In this document: piece after piece, positions 1-13,454 of the stretch | How the letters are laid out: every line of letters begins with the position of its first letter | Position numbering within the stretch: the first letter of the stretch is position 1 | Assembly: GCA_951406725.2 (NCBI GenBank) | Contig: OX597815.1 | Location: 131,068,001-131,132,000 of the forward strand | Direction of reading: 5' to 3' | From: Octopus vulgaris | Taxonomy: Eukaryota | DNA length: 64,000 nucleotides | The notes under the pieces: model-generated | The model's input: the letters and a program-made list of their open reading frames with translations, nothing else | Databases searched by the model: none | What the model was told of the DNA's origin: nothing | Made by a program: the position numbers and the translations under genes

Positions 1-10
1 ATATACATAC

Positions 11-41
<31 letters not shown>

Positions 42-55
42 TGCACACATATTTT

Positions 56-101
<46 letters not shown>

Positions 102-132
102 TATATTTATCATATATTTTATGTGTGTGTAA

Positions 133-510
133 GCCATGCCAGATCATGAGTTTGGTTTCCAGACCGAGTGGTGCATCGTGTTCTTGAGCAAAACCCTTCA
201 TTTGACATTGTTTGAGTTATTTAGTTGTAAATGGGTAACCTTGTGAGTGGATTTGCTTGATGGAAACTGGAGGAAGGCCATCATATGTATATATATATAT
301 ATATATATATGTATATCTATGTGTGTGTGTCTTTGTGTCTGTGTTTGTCCCCATTACAACTTGACAACTAGTGTTGGTGTGTTTCTGTCCCTGTAACTTA
401 GCAGTTTGGCAAAAGGGAATAACAGAATAAGTTCCAGGCTTAAAAGAAAGTACTCCAGCAAGTCCACAGTAAAATGACTGAGACAAGTAAAATAATAAGA
501 GAATAAAAGA
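133..510 (+). mobile_element. SINE family A copy (diverged, atypical head)
   Basis: Body (ccttgtgagtggattt...gtttgtcccc...gaataag...aaatgactgagacaagtaaaa) matches the young copy at 31088-31487 and has the internal (TA)n(TG)n tract. Confidence 0.75.
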
Positions 511-579
511 ATATATATGTGTGTGTGTGTGTGTAAGAATTTACAATAAGGGAATAAGAAATTATGACATGGACTTCCA

Positions 580-1221
580 AACCTTTGACGATGTGCTCTG
601 CTTAAGAGGGCCCATCCAACCAAGTGCACTCGTGCTGGTAGCACGTAAAAAATCAACCTTTCAACATTGTGCCTCATGGAGGCAAAGTGGCAGAGTTCCT
701 TTTGAGAGTTGGGCCTCATGGAGACATAGTGGTTGAGTTCCTTTTGAGCATTGGGCCTCATGGAGGCAAAGTGGCTGAGTTCCCTTCGAATGTTTGGCCT
801 CACAGAGCTGAGGTGACTGAGTTCCTTTCAGGTGAGCCTCACGGAGGCAAGGTGGCTGAGTTCCTTTCAAGAGTTGGGCCTCATGGAAGGTAAGTGGCTG
901 AGTTCCTTTTGAGAATTGGGCCTTATGGAGGCAATGACAGAGGCCTTTGGCATTATGTCATGCTTGAGAAGAAGACCCATGAAGCCAAGCAAAATTGCAG
1001 TCATGGCAGATACCAGTCCCACTGAAATTGCACTCATGCCAGTGGCAAATAAAAGCCCCCATTACACCCTCAAAGTGGTTGGCGTTAGGAAGGGCATCCA
1101 GTCATAGAAAACCATGCCAAATTCAACTGGATCCGAGCGCAGCCTTCCAACATGACAGCCTAGTCAAACCATCTAACCCATATCAGCATGGAAAACTGAT
1201 GTTAAATGATGATGATGATGA
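580..1221 (+). mobile_element. SINE family C, long variant with internal 42-bp tandem array
   Basis: Ends in gtggttggcgttaggaagggcatccag...gttaaa(tga)n like the other family C copies; contains the array at 672-935. Confidence 0.75.
672..935 (+). repeat. About 42-bp minisatellite, 6-7 units
   Basis: Unit ggcctcatggaggcaaagtggctgagttccttttgagcattg repeated head-to-tail; the same unit occurs at 18540-18610 and 27672-28008. Confidence 0.9.
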
Positions 1222-1236
1222 CTTCATTAACTTATT

Positions 1237-1304
1237 GCTGTTTCTGCTATAAGATGCAATTCATATGTGAATGCTTGTATATTACACTATTGCTTCATCA
1301 GTGC
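1237..1304 (-). ncRNA. Truncated hammerhead-ribozyme remnant
   Basis: Minus strand reads gca-CTGATGA-agc...long stem II...gca-GAAA-cagc and then breaks off; the cleavage triplet and 3' stem I are missing. Confidence 0.4.
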
Positions 1305-2668
1305 TTCAAAAATGCAGTGCAATTTTATTTGGGAATGCATCTACATTTAAACATATATATATACACAGAAAAGCATTACCAACGAAAAAAAATGTAAGTA
1401 ATGCTTTTCTGTGTATATGTATATAAATGTAATTACTTTCCCAAATATGATTGTATTTAATAATTCTTTTTCACTAATCAGCTTTATCGAGGCATATGAA
1501 TCATAATAGCAAATTGATTCACACCCAATATAAGACTTTGTGTAAATACTTGAGTTTAAATACTGTCTATATGCAGCATAACTCTAATTCAATTTGTTAA
1601 AATTCAATAATCTTCCTTAGTCTTTTGAGTAAGGAATGAAATTGCTATCTCTTCCTTGCTGTCAGTAATTCTAATATCAGGAAGAAACACACTCTGTAAT
1701 AGCTTTTTACTTACAAATATTGAATGTGTTAATTTACAAATATTCACTTTATGCATTGTTACATGTTCTTATTAGTCTGGAAATTAATTTAAATTCAAAT
1801 TTAAAATGATTGCATTTTGTTTTTGCCCTCTCCTTGTACACAGCTAACAAACTGACAAAAGACTACAGAAACAAAATCAAACATAAAACAAAAACAAAAA
1901 AGCAAAAAAAAAAAAAAAACCAAACAAAAACTGCCAAATGAAATGTTTTCATAAATCTCTCTTACCTTTCTCTTTGCTAAAATATTTCCTCTCTCCATAA
2001 AATAATATAGAATAATTAAGACACTTTCAGTTGTCTGAACTGCTGAGATTCAAATAGATTGAAATAGTTATATACAAGTTTTAAAGACTTTATAATTGAA
2101 TCTGAATTTTAAAAAAGTCCATAAGTGAAGTGAGGAAAAAGAATGGGATTCCATCCTGCCACAAACTCAAGCTACCTTATCTCAAGCTCAAATTTGTTTC
2201 ACGAATGTATGAATAATAAATGATATTGACTTTTGTCAGAATGATGTCAAATCTCTCTTTTGCAATAGAACAGTCAATGAAATGACAGTTTGTAATGATA
2301 TGTAATAAAGTTATATAAGATGTAAGGATTTTTATTGCTGCATTCTTATAAAATATCCTTTGCTTAATAATTACCTTGGTCCGGGTACTTGGTGGCCCTG
2401 ACAGTATTGGTGTCATGTAAGAAGTACTAGTGCTGGTGTCACGAAAAAGCACTGGTGTTGGTGCCACATAAAAGGCACTGGTGCTGGTAGCAAATAAAAA
2501 GCCCCAGTGATGGTACCACATAAGAAGTACTGTGTAAAGTGGTTGGCATTAGGAAGGACATCTAGCTGTAGAAACCATGCCAAAATAGACTATGGAACCT
2601 GGTGTGGCTCCTGGCCTTGTCAGCTCTTGTCAAACCAGCTAACCAATTCATATGTGTCGATATGAATT

Positions 2669-2677
<9 letters not shown>

Positions 2678-2740
<63 letters not shown>

Positions 2741-2741
2741 T

Positions 2742-2812
<71 letters not shown>
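2678..2812. repeat. (TA)n microsatellite
   Basis: Directly visible dinucleotide run with interruptions. Confidence 0.95.
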
Positions 2813-2817
<5 letters not shown>

Positions 2818-3531
2818 TTTTAAGTCAAATTTGTAACCGTATGAGTAAGATTGGTTAATTTAAGCTTTATATTTTAATATTTATATATATATGTATGTAT
2901 ATACATACACGCACACACCCATTACTTATTTTATACATGTCTGGTACTTATTGCATCAGTCTCTTTTGCTGAATTACTAATTACTAAACAGACCAGCACC
3001 AGTTGTCATTGGTGGGGAACACACACACACACACACACACACACATTCACACACATGTACATACACATGCATGTGCACACACACATGCACATGCACACAC
3101 ACACACACATACACACACACACACGCAACTGTTTTTTAAAAGTCATTGCTCAACTCAGGGCTATAATGGAAGATGCTTGCCCAAGGTGCAGCACAGTGGA
3201 ACTGAATCTTATATCACATGGCTAGAAAGTTAACTTCTTAATCCTGCAGCCATGCTTGTACCAATGAATAATTACTCTCTTTTCCTTCTTAATGTCCATT
3301 GTGCATGAGCATTAGCAGCGAATGAGCGTTTGTCCCTAAAATATTTAAATATTATTTAAAACATGATTCAGTATGTGATACCAATATATTTCTAGGATAT
3401 TTCTCTCTACTTCCATTATTACTGTGCCATCTGTAAACAATGTATACTGCCAATTAAATAAATAACAAACATTTTATAAAATTATGTTTGAGTTTACTTG
3501 AACATTACTTTGTAAAATCATTTTACACAGT

Positions 3532-3817
3532 AGGTGCAGGAGTGGCTACATGGTAAGCAGCTTGCTTACCAATCACATGGTTCTGGGTTCAGTCCCACTG
3601 CGTGACATATTGGGCAAGTGTCTTCTGACCAAAGCCTTGTGAGTGGATTTACTAGACAGCCACCAAACCCTTTCTATTTTCTTACCCTGTTTATTTCTGT
3701 GTTCCTTTCTGTTGAAGAGCGTAGGCTCGAAATGCAAAAGACTTTCTCACTTCATGAGCATCTGTTTGTTGTTTATACACCTGTCTTCATCTTTTGCTTT
3801 TTTGTAAATTCTCACTA

Positions 3818-3861
<44 letters not shown>

Positions 3862-3980
3862 TGTGTGTTTGTGTTTGTCCCCCCATCATTGGTTGACAAC
3901 TGATGCTGGCATGTTTACAACCCCCTAACTTAGTGGTTCAGCAAAAAAGAATGATAGAATAAGTATTAAGCTTACAAAGA
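3532..3980 (+). mobile_element. SINE family A copy interrupted by an unrelated segment (3657-3820)
   Basis: Head ggtgcaggagtggct...gttcagtccc and the 3' body both match 31088-31487; the middle carries an unrelated segment. Confidence 0.8.
3705..3740 (+). ncRNA. Degenerate minimal hammerhead-like motif
   Basis: cttt-CTGTTGA-a-gagc(gtag)gctc-GAAA-tg-ca-aaag: stems I and II pair, but the core and cleavage site deviate from consensus. Confidence 0.35.
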
Positions 3981-4489
3981 GTGTTGAGAGCAGCTGACTC
4001 ATTCTCACATCTTGCCACTTGCAATGCAAAATGTTGAGGTAACTGTGTGATGTGTCTGCATTCTTGCCACAACCAGATGACCCAGGAAAACGGTTAAAAT
4101 AGATGGCAGATAAATGACAAGAATCTCCATCACCAGGAATATAACAAAATTGTTTCAAGCTAATGTTTGACCTGCCGCATGTTCCTGTACCAGTAAGCTT
4201 GCCTTAAACTTCAAGCAGTATATCTCTCCCAGTATGTAATTATTACTGTTTTTTATTTGTAAAAGACCAACACAGTTTAAACAATAATAAAATCTGTTAA
4301 ATGTTTGAGTCTGTTGTCTGAGGTTGTCAATAAAATACGTTCTGGTTAAATAATGGGGTTCATTGAAAAAGCTTTATTCTTTCTCTCAAAATTCTGCCCT
4401 TGAGGCAAATTTATAAATTTATAAATTCTTTTTCAAAAATATGCAATAATGAATCTGAAATAGGTAAAGTAGAATACTGGTATGCTGGT

Positions 4490-4700
4490 TTCAAAGTTTG
4501 GCACAATGCCAGCAATTTTGTGGGAAGGGGAAAGTCGATTGTATTGACTCTGGTGCTCAACTGGTGCTTATTTTATTGACCTTGATAGGATAAAAGACAA
4601 AGTCAATCCTGGTGACATTTGAACTCAAAACATAAAAATGGACAAAATGCTGCTAAGAATTTTGCCCAGCATGCTAATGATTCTGTCAGCTTGCCAGCCT
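4490..4700 (-). mobile_element. SINE family B copy
   Basis: Reverse complement of the 45052-45270 type; further diverged copies at about 4830-5000, 5920-6125, 6415-6620, 6785-7000 and 8295-8475. Confidence 0.8.
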
Positions 4701-5513
4701 AGAAAATAGATATATTGAGAAAAAGAATATTGGATGTTAAATTTTCTTTCTTAGAGATGAATATTGAGGTCGTTATTTCCTTGTAAAGATAGCAGAATGT
4801 TTCATTAGAGCAATGGAAAATTGCATTGTGGTATTTCTTTTAGCTCATTATGCTCTGATTTCAAATCACACCAAGATCAACTTTGCCTTTCATCCTTTTG
4901 AGGCTGACTGAAGTAATGTACCAGCTAAGTACTAGGGTTGATGTGATCAACTAATGCCGACCCTCAAAACAGCAGGACGCTTGTCTCTAAATTAGAAACT
5001 GCTATTTATTTGCAAAGTATAAAAAGGAAGCTTACTGGAAAATGCCAGGAAAAAAAAATAACACTCTTGTTTAACAACAAACAAAAAAGTAGTTTGGTGC
5101 ATTTCCTGAGTCTGAATTCTATTATAGTTGAAATGTTATCATTATTATTCTGTGATCAGTAAATAAATATCAATAGCAGAAGGCCAAAGTGACACAAACA
5201 TGATTGGTTATTGTAGAAAAGCGTAAACAATGATAATAGTAATAAATATGCCTTCAGAGGAAGAGGAGTCGACTTTAGGTGGTACCTCAGCACAATGCTT
5301 TGATTTTATTTTAATTTCTTCCATAACAATAATGTTCTGGTAATTAGCTTGGACTGAGAACATTACCTTTGATATTTGTGTTTATTTGTTAACCTTTCAC
5401 TTTTGAGATTTTTGTCTTCTTTCTTCTCCAAATATAAATATATTCTCTTTGAATTGAAAACCCATTATTATTATAAACCAAAATATTGTGATATAATATC
5501 TTTGTCAATTTAG

Positions 5514-5725
5514 AAGAAGCAAGTCTCTTATCGATAATAGGACGCATGTCACTAGCAGCTTCTCTTCAAAGACAAACTGAATCAAGCATTTTATCATCAC
5601 AAATCATCAAATCCACAGTGCATTTACTGTTTACAGTGGTTAGTGGTGTCATCTATAGTATTTGGAGCAATGTAAACAGAGTTATTGATCAAGAATACAC
5701 ACAGCAGCAGTCATCTACTTTTGAT
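5514..5725 (+). CDS. Candidate isolated internal coding exon, product unknown
   Basis: Acceptor-like tctttgtcaatttag, then 212 nt of non-repetitive open frame (EASLLSIIGRMSLAASLQRQTESSILSSQIIKSTVHLLFTVVSGVIYSIWSNVNRVIDQEYTQQQSSTFD), then donor-like gtaatg. No partner exons or homology recognised. Confidence 0.3.
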
Positions 5726-7749
5726 GTAATGTATTTGTTCATCAAATATAACATCCATCCATCTACACATCTACCCATCCCTCCACCCAGCTACCAGTGC
5801 ATCTATTTTTATATCAAGAACTTCTAAGGTGAAATTTAATCTGCAGGCTTGTCTTTGTGCTATTTTTCCTTCAAAATTTTGTACCATCATATCTTTGTCA
5901 ATCTTTATACAAAATTCATGTTTGTTTCAAATTTTGGCACTAGCCAACGATGTTGAAAGAAGAGTAAATCGATTACACTCATCTCAGTGTTCAAATGGTA
6001 CTTATTTTATCGACCCCGAGAAGATGAAAAGCAAAGTTGACCTCAACAGTATTTGAACTCAGAATGCAAATTTGGAAAAAAATGCTGCTAAATAGTAACA
6101 ATTTTGTCAGCCTTACCACCTTAGACCCTCACTTCACACATTAATGTTTTTTTTTCTATTGTTACTGAAACTGGACTTGCTATTGGTTTCCTCCCTATTT
6201 ATATTGTGTTTTCAATGCATCCTAAAGCATACTGCTTGGTGCAGTTTCTATTTTTTTTTCTGTGCATTCTTGCTGTATATTAACCTTCAACATTTTAAAA
6301 CCCACTTTAATCAATTCATATTCACTCCTGAACAATGCTGGTTGAAGTCAATTAAAGAAGTAAAGAACTTCCACCTTATAAAGAATTATTTCTTATATTC
6401 TCACACAGTAAATGGTAGCAAGAAGGCAGAATTGTTATCATGTTGAGCAAAATGCAGAGCAGTATTTCATCTGTCTTTATGTTCTAAGTAGAAATCCTGC
6501 TTTTGCCTTTCGTCCATTTGGGGTCGATACAGTAATTACCAGTTGAATACTGGCGTTGATGTAATTGACGTAACCTCTCCCCTGAAATTGCTGGCCTTGT
6601 GCACCAAAACTTGACGCCAATATTCCCACACAGCTACAGATTTTGGAGAACAACAGGACTAAGTTAACTGACTTCAGTAGTTGATTTATTTTTATTTATT
6701 TTATGTCATTGATCTGAAAACGATGCAAGGCAAACCTGACCTCAGCATGATTTGAACTTGGAATAAAAAGTGACCTTAATTTTGGGTTCAAATTTTGGCT
6801 CAAGGCCAGCAATTTCATGGGAGAGGATAAGTTAATTACATCCACCCCCAGTGTTCAACTGGTATCTATTTTATTGGCCCTGAAAGGATAAAAGGCAAAT
6901 TTGACCTCAGCAGAATTTGAACTCAGAGCATAAGGACAGACGTAATGCCACTAAGCATTTTACTTGGCATGCTAATGATTCTGCCAGCTTGACACCTTAA
7001 GAGACTTTAATATTGAAAAGTATTTAGTCCTCTCTACTCATCCATCTCACCCCCATCCAATTAGTTACCATTTTCCTAATAACCGTTTTTAACATAGGTA
7101 CAAAGTTTTAAATTTTGGGGGTAGGGGTTTGTCAATTATATGGTCCCCAGAATGAGGAAATGCAAATTTGACCTGGTAGATATTTGGACTTGGAATATAA
7201 AGGCAGAACAAATATATCAAAGCAGTTTTATGAGGCACCCTAATAATTCTGTCAATCCAATGTTTTCATTTTTTTCCTAAAATACTTTATATAAAGTACA
7301 AACCTTATATAATATCAAACCCATATATTTTTTTAAGGCAATCATTGTTATATAAAAAAAGAAAAGAAATGATGGACAAAGATACTGAAATATTATCTTA
7401 GAAATATTTTAATAGGCTTGATATTTTGAGTTAAAAACTCCTTTACAAAGATTCTAAAGTATGAGAGAGAGAGAGAGAGATTACATGTACATTCTGTTAA
7501 CATGTTGAATCCTTTAAACACTTTTACTCATATATTTATGTATTTTATTTACCAATATATATTCTACTTTCTGTATTAAAATACATTCTCATACATTTCA
7601 ATATTGATGTCATTTAACCCTGGGCCAGGACTAATTGTGCAGATCATATCTTTTAGGTTTGATATCTTCTGACTTCATTGAACATTTCTACACAGATGTA
7701 GTTTTTCTGGCCAGTTATGAAAATAAAAAAACTATTTTTGGAAGAAACT

Positions 7750-8150
7750 AGTAATAACTTAACTTTGATAACTTCGATAGGTTTCGGCCAGTTTAGGCCC
7801 AGGCCAGGTCTAACTTATTAGCACCACCTGGTGAAGTCTTTTAGTCATATATAGGGCACCATAGCCCACTCCAGCAAAGATTTATTATTGTTGGGGACAT
7901 ATCCGGGTGTAGGAGGTTGATCTGGGATTTTTTGAAGAAATTTGTCTAGTGAACTTTTGAATTTTATGGGATCTGTTTCTGTTTTGATGTATTTTGGTAT
8001 GGTATTAAAGAAAGCTGAGGTAAAGTAGTTGTGGTATAATGTTGTCATGTGTACCAAGTTCAATTTTTGTAGTGGGCAGATAGCATGGGGGCCAAGTCTT
8101 GGGTGGATTTTAAAATTGATGCCAACATCATTTGTGCAATCAAGGCTCAC
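7750..8150 (-). mobile_element. 3' end fragment of a CR1/L2-group LINE
   Basis: ORF 7845-8150 has the typical C-terminus FNTIPKYIK...FKSSLDKFLQKIPDQP, followed by a short UTR and an aagtta-type repeat tail. Confidence 0.7.
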
Positions 8151-9856
8151 AATTTTGAAGGGTGGGCAAGTTAGTTGACACAGACAATCCCAATTCTCAG
8201 CTACTACTCTATTTTATTGAGCCTAGAAAGATGTAAAAGTTTGACCTTGGCAGGAACTGAAATCAAGATTCAAAGAACTGGGATAAATAATGATTTCAAA
8301 TTTTACCACAAGGCCAACAATTTTGGGGGAGTGGATAACTCAACAACATTGACCCAAAATGGATGAGCAACAACGTTGATCTCGGTGGAATTTGAACTCA
8401 GAACATAAAACTGGATGAAATGCTACTAAGCACTTTGCTTGACATGCTAACAGTTCTGCCAGCTTGCCACTTTAAAGCTGAAATAAATATTGCAAAGTAT
8501 TTGTCTGATACCCATAGGAATCTGTCAAATCACTGACTTTTGGGAGAAATAAATAATTTGAAAGGAGGGAGGAACTCCATTGCAACAACACTAGTATTTA
8601 TTTTATCAACCCGCTAAAGGATGAAAGACAAAGTTGATTTGGGCAGGGTTTGAGATCAGAACATAAAGAGCTGGAAGAAATGTCTGATACACAAATGTTA
8701 CGAATCTTTAAGAACTGAAGTCATTAAAATAGATATTAAAAAAATTGTAGTTTTGATGACTATATCATTTTCTATCTCAAAGGTATCCTTCTACTTTTTA
8801 AAAATGTTAGGGTATGATTTAAGAAAGATTTAGCTGCCTTTTCTAGAAGATTAAACAGTAGTATAGAGACTTGTTTCACTAGTTTTATTTTTAGGAATGA
8901 TAGATAAAGAAGTTTACAGATGTAGGAAAATGAATTGGGTAAAATATCATTTAACATAGTTATGTGTAAATCTTATAAAAATATATAAAAATAAATAAAA
9001 ATAAAAACATACAAACAAAACAAAAATATGGTACTGAATTACAATATCTGTATGTGTCATCTCTTGTTTCCATTTTTGGAATATTGCCTGACATGCAAAC
9101 AGACAAATTCTGTTGGCTATGTAACTTATAATTCCTAAGCTAGAAGCTAACTTGCTGTGTCTGAAGGGTTCTGCTCAGTAAACAATGAGAGTTGTTGATA
9201 CAGTTGCCATCATTGTATGCAGAGCTATTCTCATGCAGCTCTCACAAGTACAAACACAACTGAATTTAAGAGATACTTACATAGATCTAAAACACACAGA
9301 AGATGATGTGATGAGGTTAAGGGAATTCAAATTGCATGATTTTTCAGAAAGCTGAAAGTTTCTATGGCATAAGAGCAAACATTATTAGAAAAAAAACGTG
9401 TGAGTGCTTTTGTACTTGTGTGTTTGTGTGTGTGTGTAAATAAGTATTTTATATATATCTATATATATAATACACATTTCATTAAATTTTGTACGATTTT
9501 TTCAAATCTTTCTCCCTACCCTCTCTCACATTTCTTTGCCTTTCTTACTCACTTTGCACTTCACTATGTCCCTGTCTCTCTTTTTTTTTTTCTCGCCACT
9601 CCTTGATTCTTCCATCTAGCTACTATACACACTCTCTCTCGCTCTCTCTCTCTCTTCTCCCCTCCTTACTTCCTTTGTTTCTCTTTTTCTCTCTCTTCTC
9701 TTCTCACATGACCATTGGCAGACTGCTAGCCCTTTTGCGTTTGACTGTGGTCACTGCCACATCGATTCTCTTTCCTCTACCGTAAGGCTTCATTTCCATA
9801 CACACCAGCTGAATTCAATTCATTCCCAGTCGAAAGATGCCTGTTGTTATGTCCTG

Positions 9857-9903
<47 letters not shown>

Positions 9904-10210
9904 GTTTTTTATTGTATTTATATTCGTGTAACATAGTTTGTTTTTCCATCCTTGTTTCGTATACATTCGAGGCTTTTTTCCAAGGAATCTAATGCTCTTA
10001 GCTTAGTTTTTCCTTGTGGCTGGCCAGATTGGAGCAATCTCAAGATTAATCAGCCGAAATTGCGAGGATGATCCGGTTCTTGACTGAAAATAAAAAGCTT
10101 CGAATGACCTGTCCGTGTTTTCTTTGTATCGTCTATCTGGATGTTTTGTTGTCCTCTTTCGTATCAACTAGTTGTCTGGATGTTTTGCATTCTTGTCCCA
10201 TTTTGTATTT

Positions 10211-10258
<48 letters not shown>

Positions 10259-10481
10259 TTCGGTACATATATATATACTTTTATATAATTCGGTACAATG
10301 TGTTTATTTATTATGGTAGTTTTGACTTTAAGAGTCCCTCCTAGTGTGAAGCATTTATGTATAGTAATGCTCTTAGTATATGTAAATATATTTAAGAGGA
10401 ATAATTGATGGATTTTTCCCTTATTAGGTTTTTCACGCTAACTACTTGATAAATTCTTATAAAGATTTTATCCTATTTTTC

Positions 10482-10512
<31 letters not shown>

Positions 10513-10539
10513 CATGTATGTATACACATATGCATATAT

Positions 10540-10825
10540 CATCATCATTGTCGTTGTTTAGCGACTGCTTTCCATGCTGGCATAGATTGGACGGTTTGAC
10601 TGTGGGCTGGCGAGCCAGAAGGCTGCATCAGGCTCCAATCTGATCTGGCAAAGTTTCTACAGCTGGATGCCCTTCCTAACACTAATCACTCCGAGAGCGT
10701 AGTGGATGCTTTTACATGCCATTGGCATGAGGGCTAGTCAGGTGGTACTAGCATTGGCCATGCTCAAATGGTGTATTTTATGTGCTACCTGCACAGGAGC
10801 CACTCTGGCGGCACTGGCAAGCCAG
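10540..10825 (-). mobile_element. SINE family C copy
   Basis: (cat)n tail then ttccatgctggc...ctacagctggatgcccttcctaac...; other copies near 13225, 19105, 20170, 24725, 41390, 43680, 47650, 50030, 54070 and 58250. Confidence 0.8.
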
Positions 10826-11568
10826 TCATCTTTATATATATATATATATATTAATACCATACAAGGCTACATATTATCACATAAGTATATAAGAAATTGG
10901 TTGGAGGAGGATGCTGAAGGGAGAAGCAGTCAACAGGCTACATTTGAATAAAATAAGACCAAGATAAAGAAACCTATCTTTATATTGGATTGTTGAATGA
11001 AGAGGTATGGGGATTACAAGATGAATATCAGAAGCTAGGCTGCTAGTGGTCAAGGTAGGTCACATGGTGTTGTAAAAGGAATATTGTCAGAAAATATCAG
11101 TTCCTTAGCAACAACAGTTCTATCAGAAAGGGGAATTTCTTTGACAGCTTGGCTGGGCAGGAATCTCACAGCCTCAGTGTGTCTGGATATATAAGTAGGC
11201 CTTATATTTATTTTATGGTTGAAGGGGACATATCTCTAATCCTTCCCCTTTTTGCTATTTTACAATTTTTTTTCCATTTTCTGGTTTTACAACCTTCCAC
11301 CTTTTATATCTACTTCTTTCTCACCATTTCTAATTTTTTCTCTCATCCTATCGTCCTATTTTTAGCTTGTTATGTCATGTGAATATTGTCTGAAGATTGC
11401 AATAAGCCACCAGACCGGTTAAAAAATACTGCTTGAGATGCTTTCATTGCATGAAACTAATTGTAGCACATGAAAATCATATACTGTATTTATTAAATAT
11501 TATTTATCTCTCACCAGATGGAGTACTTATTTTGTTGATCTTACCATCATGGAACAGTACACTATATA

Positions 11569-11615
<47 letters not shown>

Positions 11616-11649
11616 CATACATGCATGCATACATATTTGTGTATATGTA

Positions 11650-12045
11650 CATTCTTTTACTTGTTTCAGTCATTTGATTGTGGCCATGCTGTAGCACCAC
11701 GTTTACTTGGACAAATCAATCCCAGAACTTATTCTTTATAAACCTAGTACTTATTCTATCGGACGCTTTTGCCAAACTGCTAAGTTATGGGGATGTAAAC
11801 ATGCCAACCTCGGTTGTTAAGTGACAGTGGGGGGACAAACACAGACACATACAGAAATATATACACACACGCACATAAACACATATATGATGAGCTTCTT
11901 TCAGTTTCCATCTACCAAATCCACTCACAAGGCTTTGGTCAGCCTGAAGCTATAGTAGAAGACACTTGCCAAATTTGTCACACAGTAGGACTGAACCCAG
12001 AACCATGTGATTGGGAAGCGAGCTTCTTCCCACTCCTGTGCCTAT
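11650..12045 (-). mobile_element. SINE family A copy
   Basis: Reverse complement of the 31088-31487 type over its full length. Confidence 0.85.
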
Positions 12046-12719
12046 ATACATATGTATATATTTTGATTATACCTTGTAATACACACAGTCATGTATCTTC
12101 CCAATATGTAAATGAATCACCACAAAGTATTAAATTCAAAATATCAGAGCTATATATATATAGATAGATGGAACCAATACCTGTTGAGGCAAGTGAAATC
12201 AAAGTCACTGACATGGCCGATGACAGTACTGCCTGATTGGAACTCATGCCAGTGAACGTTAAAAGCACTAACTGAGCGTGATTGTTGCCAGGGCCGCTGA
12301 CTGGCTCCTCTGCTGGTGGCACATAAAACGCACCATTCGAGTGTGATCATTGCCAGCATTGCCTTACTAGCACAGGCACATGAAAAACAAGATTCAAGTG
12401 TGATCGTTGCCAGTGCTGCCAGGGAAAAAAAGTTTACGAAAAAGATGAAGATAAGAAACTATGGATGACCAAAAGAAAAAATACTCAGGTGGACTATGAA
12501 CTTGTAAATTCTCTCCTAGGAATAACTGTAAATAGCACAACACCTTGAGGTACATAGAGTTTTTGGAAAGGAGCTGATAAATATTTGAGTTATATTGAGT
12601 AATATATGAATTGCTGTATCTATGATATATAAAAGAATAGTCATAAAGTGCTGAATATTTTAAAAACAGAGCTATGCAAATATCTGTACAATTATGCATT
12701 TAGATATACTGGGGAATAA

Positions 12720-12932
12720 TCTTTTTTATTCTAGACACAAAGACCGAATGTTTTGGGGAGGGTCCAGTTGATTAGATTGACCTCAGTCAACTGGTACTTA
12801 ATTTATCAACCCCGAAAGGATGAAAGGCAAAGTCAACCTCAGCGGATTTTGAACTCAGAACATAAAGACAGATGAAATACTGCAAAGAATTTCACCCGGC
12901 TTGCTAATATTTCTGCCAGTTCACCACCTTAA
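12720..12932 (-). mobile_element. SINE family B copy
   Basis: Matches family B; sits head-to-head with the + copy at about 13007-13215. Confidence 0.85.
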
Positions 12933-13454
12933 TACTAAGGAATAATTAAATATTGATATATAGCAGATATTGAATGGAATATCTACTAATATGTAATGTG
13001 TGCATGAAGGCAGTGAGTTGGCAAGATCTTTAGCACACCAGGCAAAATGCTTGGTGGCATTTCATCTGTCTTTATGTTCTGAGTTCAAATTCCACCAGAG
13101 TCAACTTTGCCTTTCATCCTTTTGCGGGTAGGTAATGTACTCACCAGTTCAACAATGTAATTGACCTACTCCTCCCTCAAAATTGCTGGCCTTGTGCCAA
13201 AGTTTGAAGCCAATATGTGTGTCATTGTCATCATTTAACATCTATTTTCCATGCTGGCATGGGCTGGATGGTTTGATAGGAGCTGGCAAGCTGGAGAGCT
13301 GCACCAAGCTCTAGTTATCTGTTTTGGCTTGGTTTCTGTGGCTGGATGCCCCACCTAATGCTAACCACTTTACAAAGTGTACTGGGTGCCTTTTATATGG
13401 CACCGGTACAGGTGCTCTTTATGTGGCACTGGCACAGGTACTTTTTACATGTGG

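Noticed and set aside
672-935. CRISPR-like periodic array (also 27672-28008 and 52820-53420)
   Set aside because: Units are contiguous or separated only by microsatellite, there are no unique spacers or cas genes, and the context is eukaryotic.
11430-11468. Hammerhead-like tgc-TTGAGA-tgc..gcat-GAAA-ctaattg-TA-gca
   Set aside because: The core is a base short and stem I is only 3 bp; too degenerate to call, though it may be a decayed copy.
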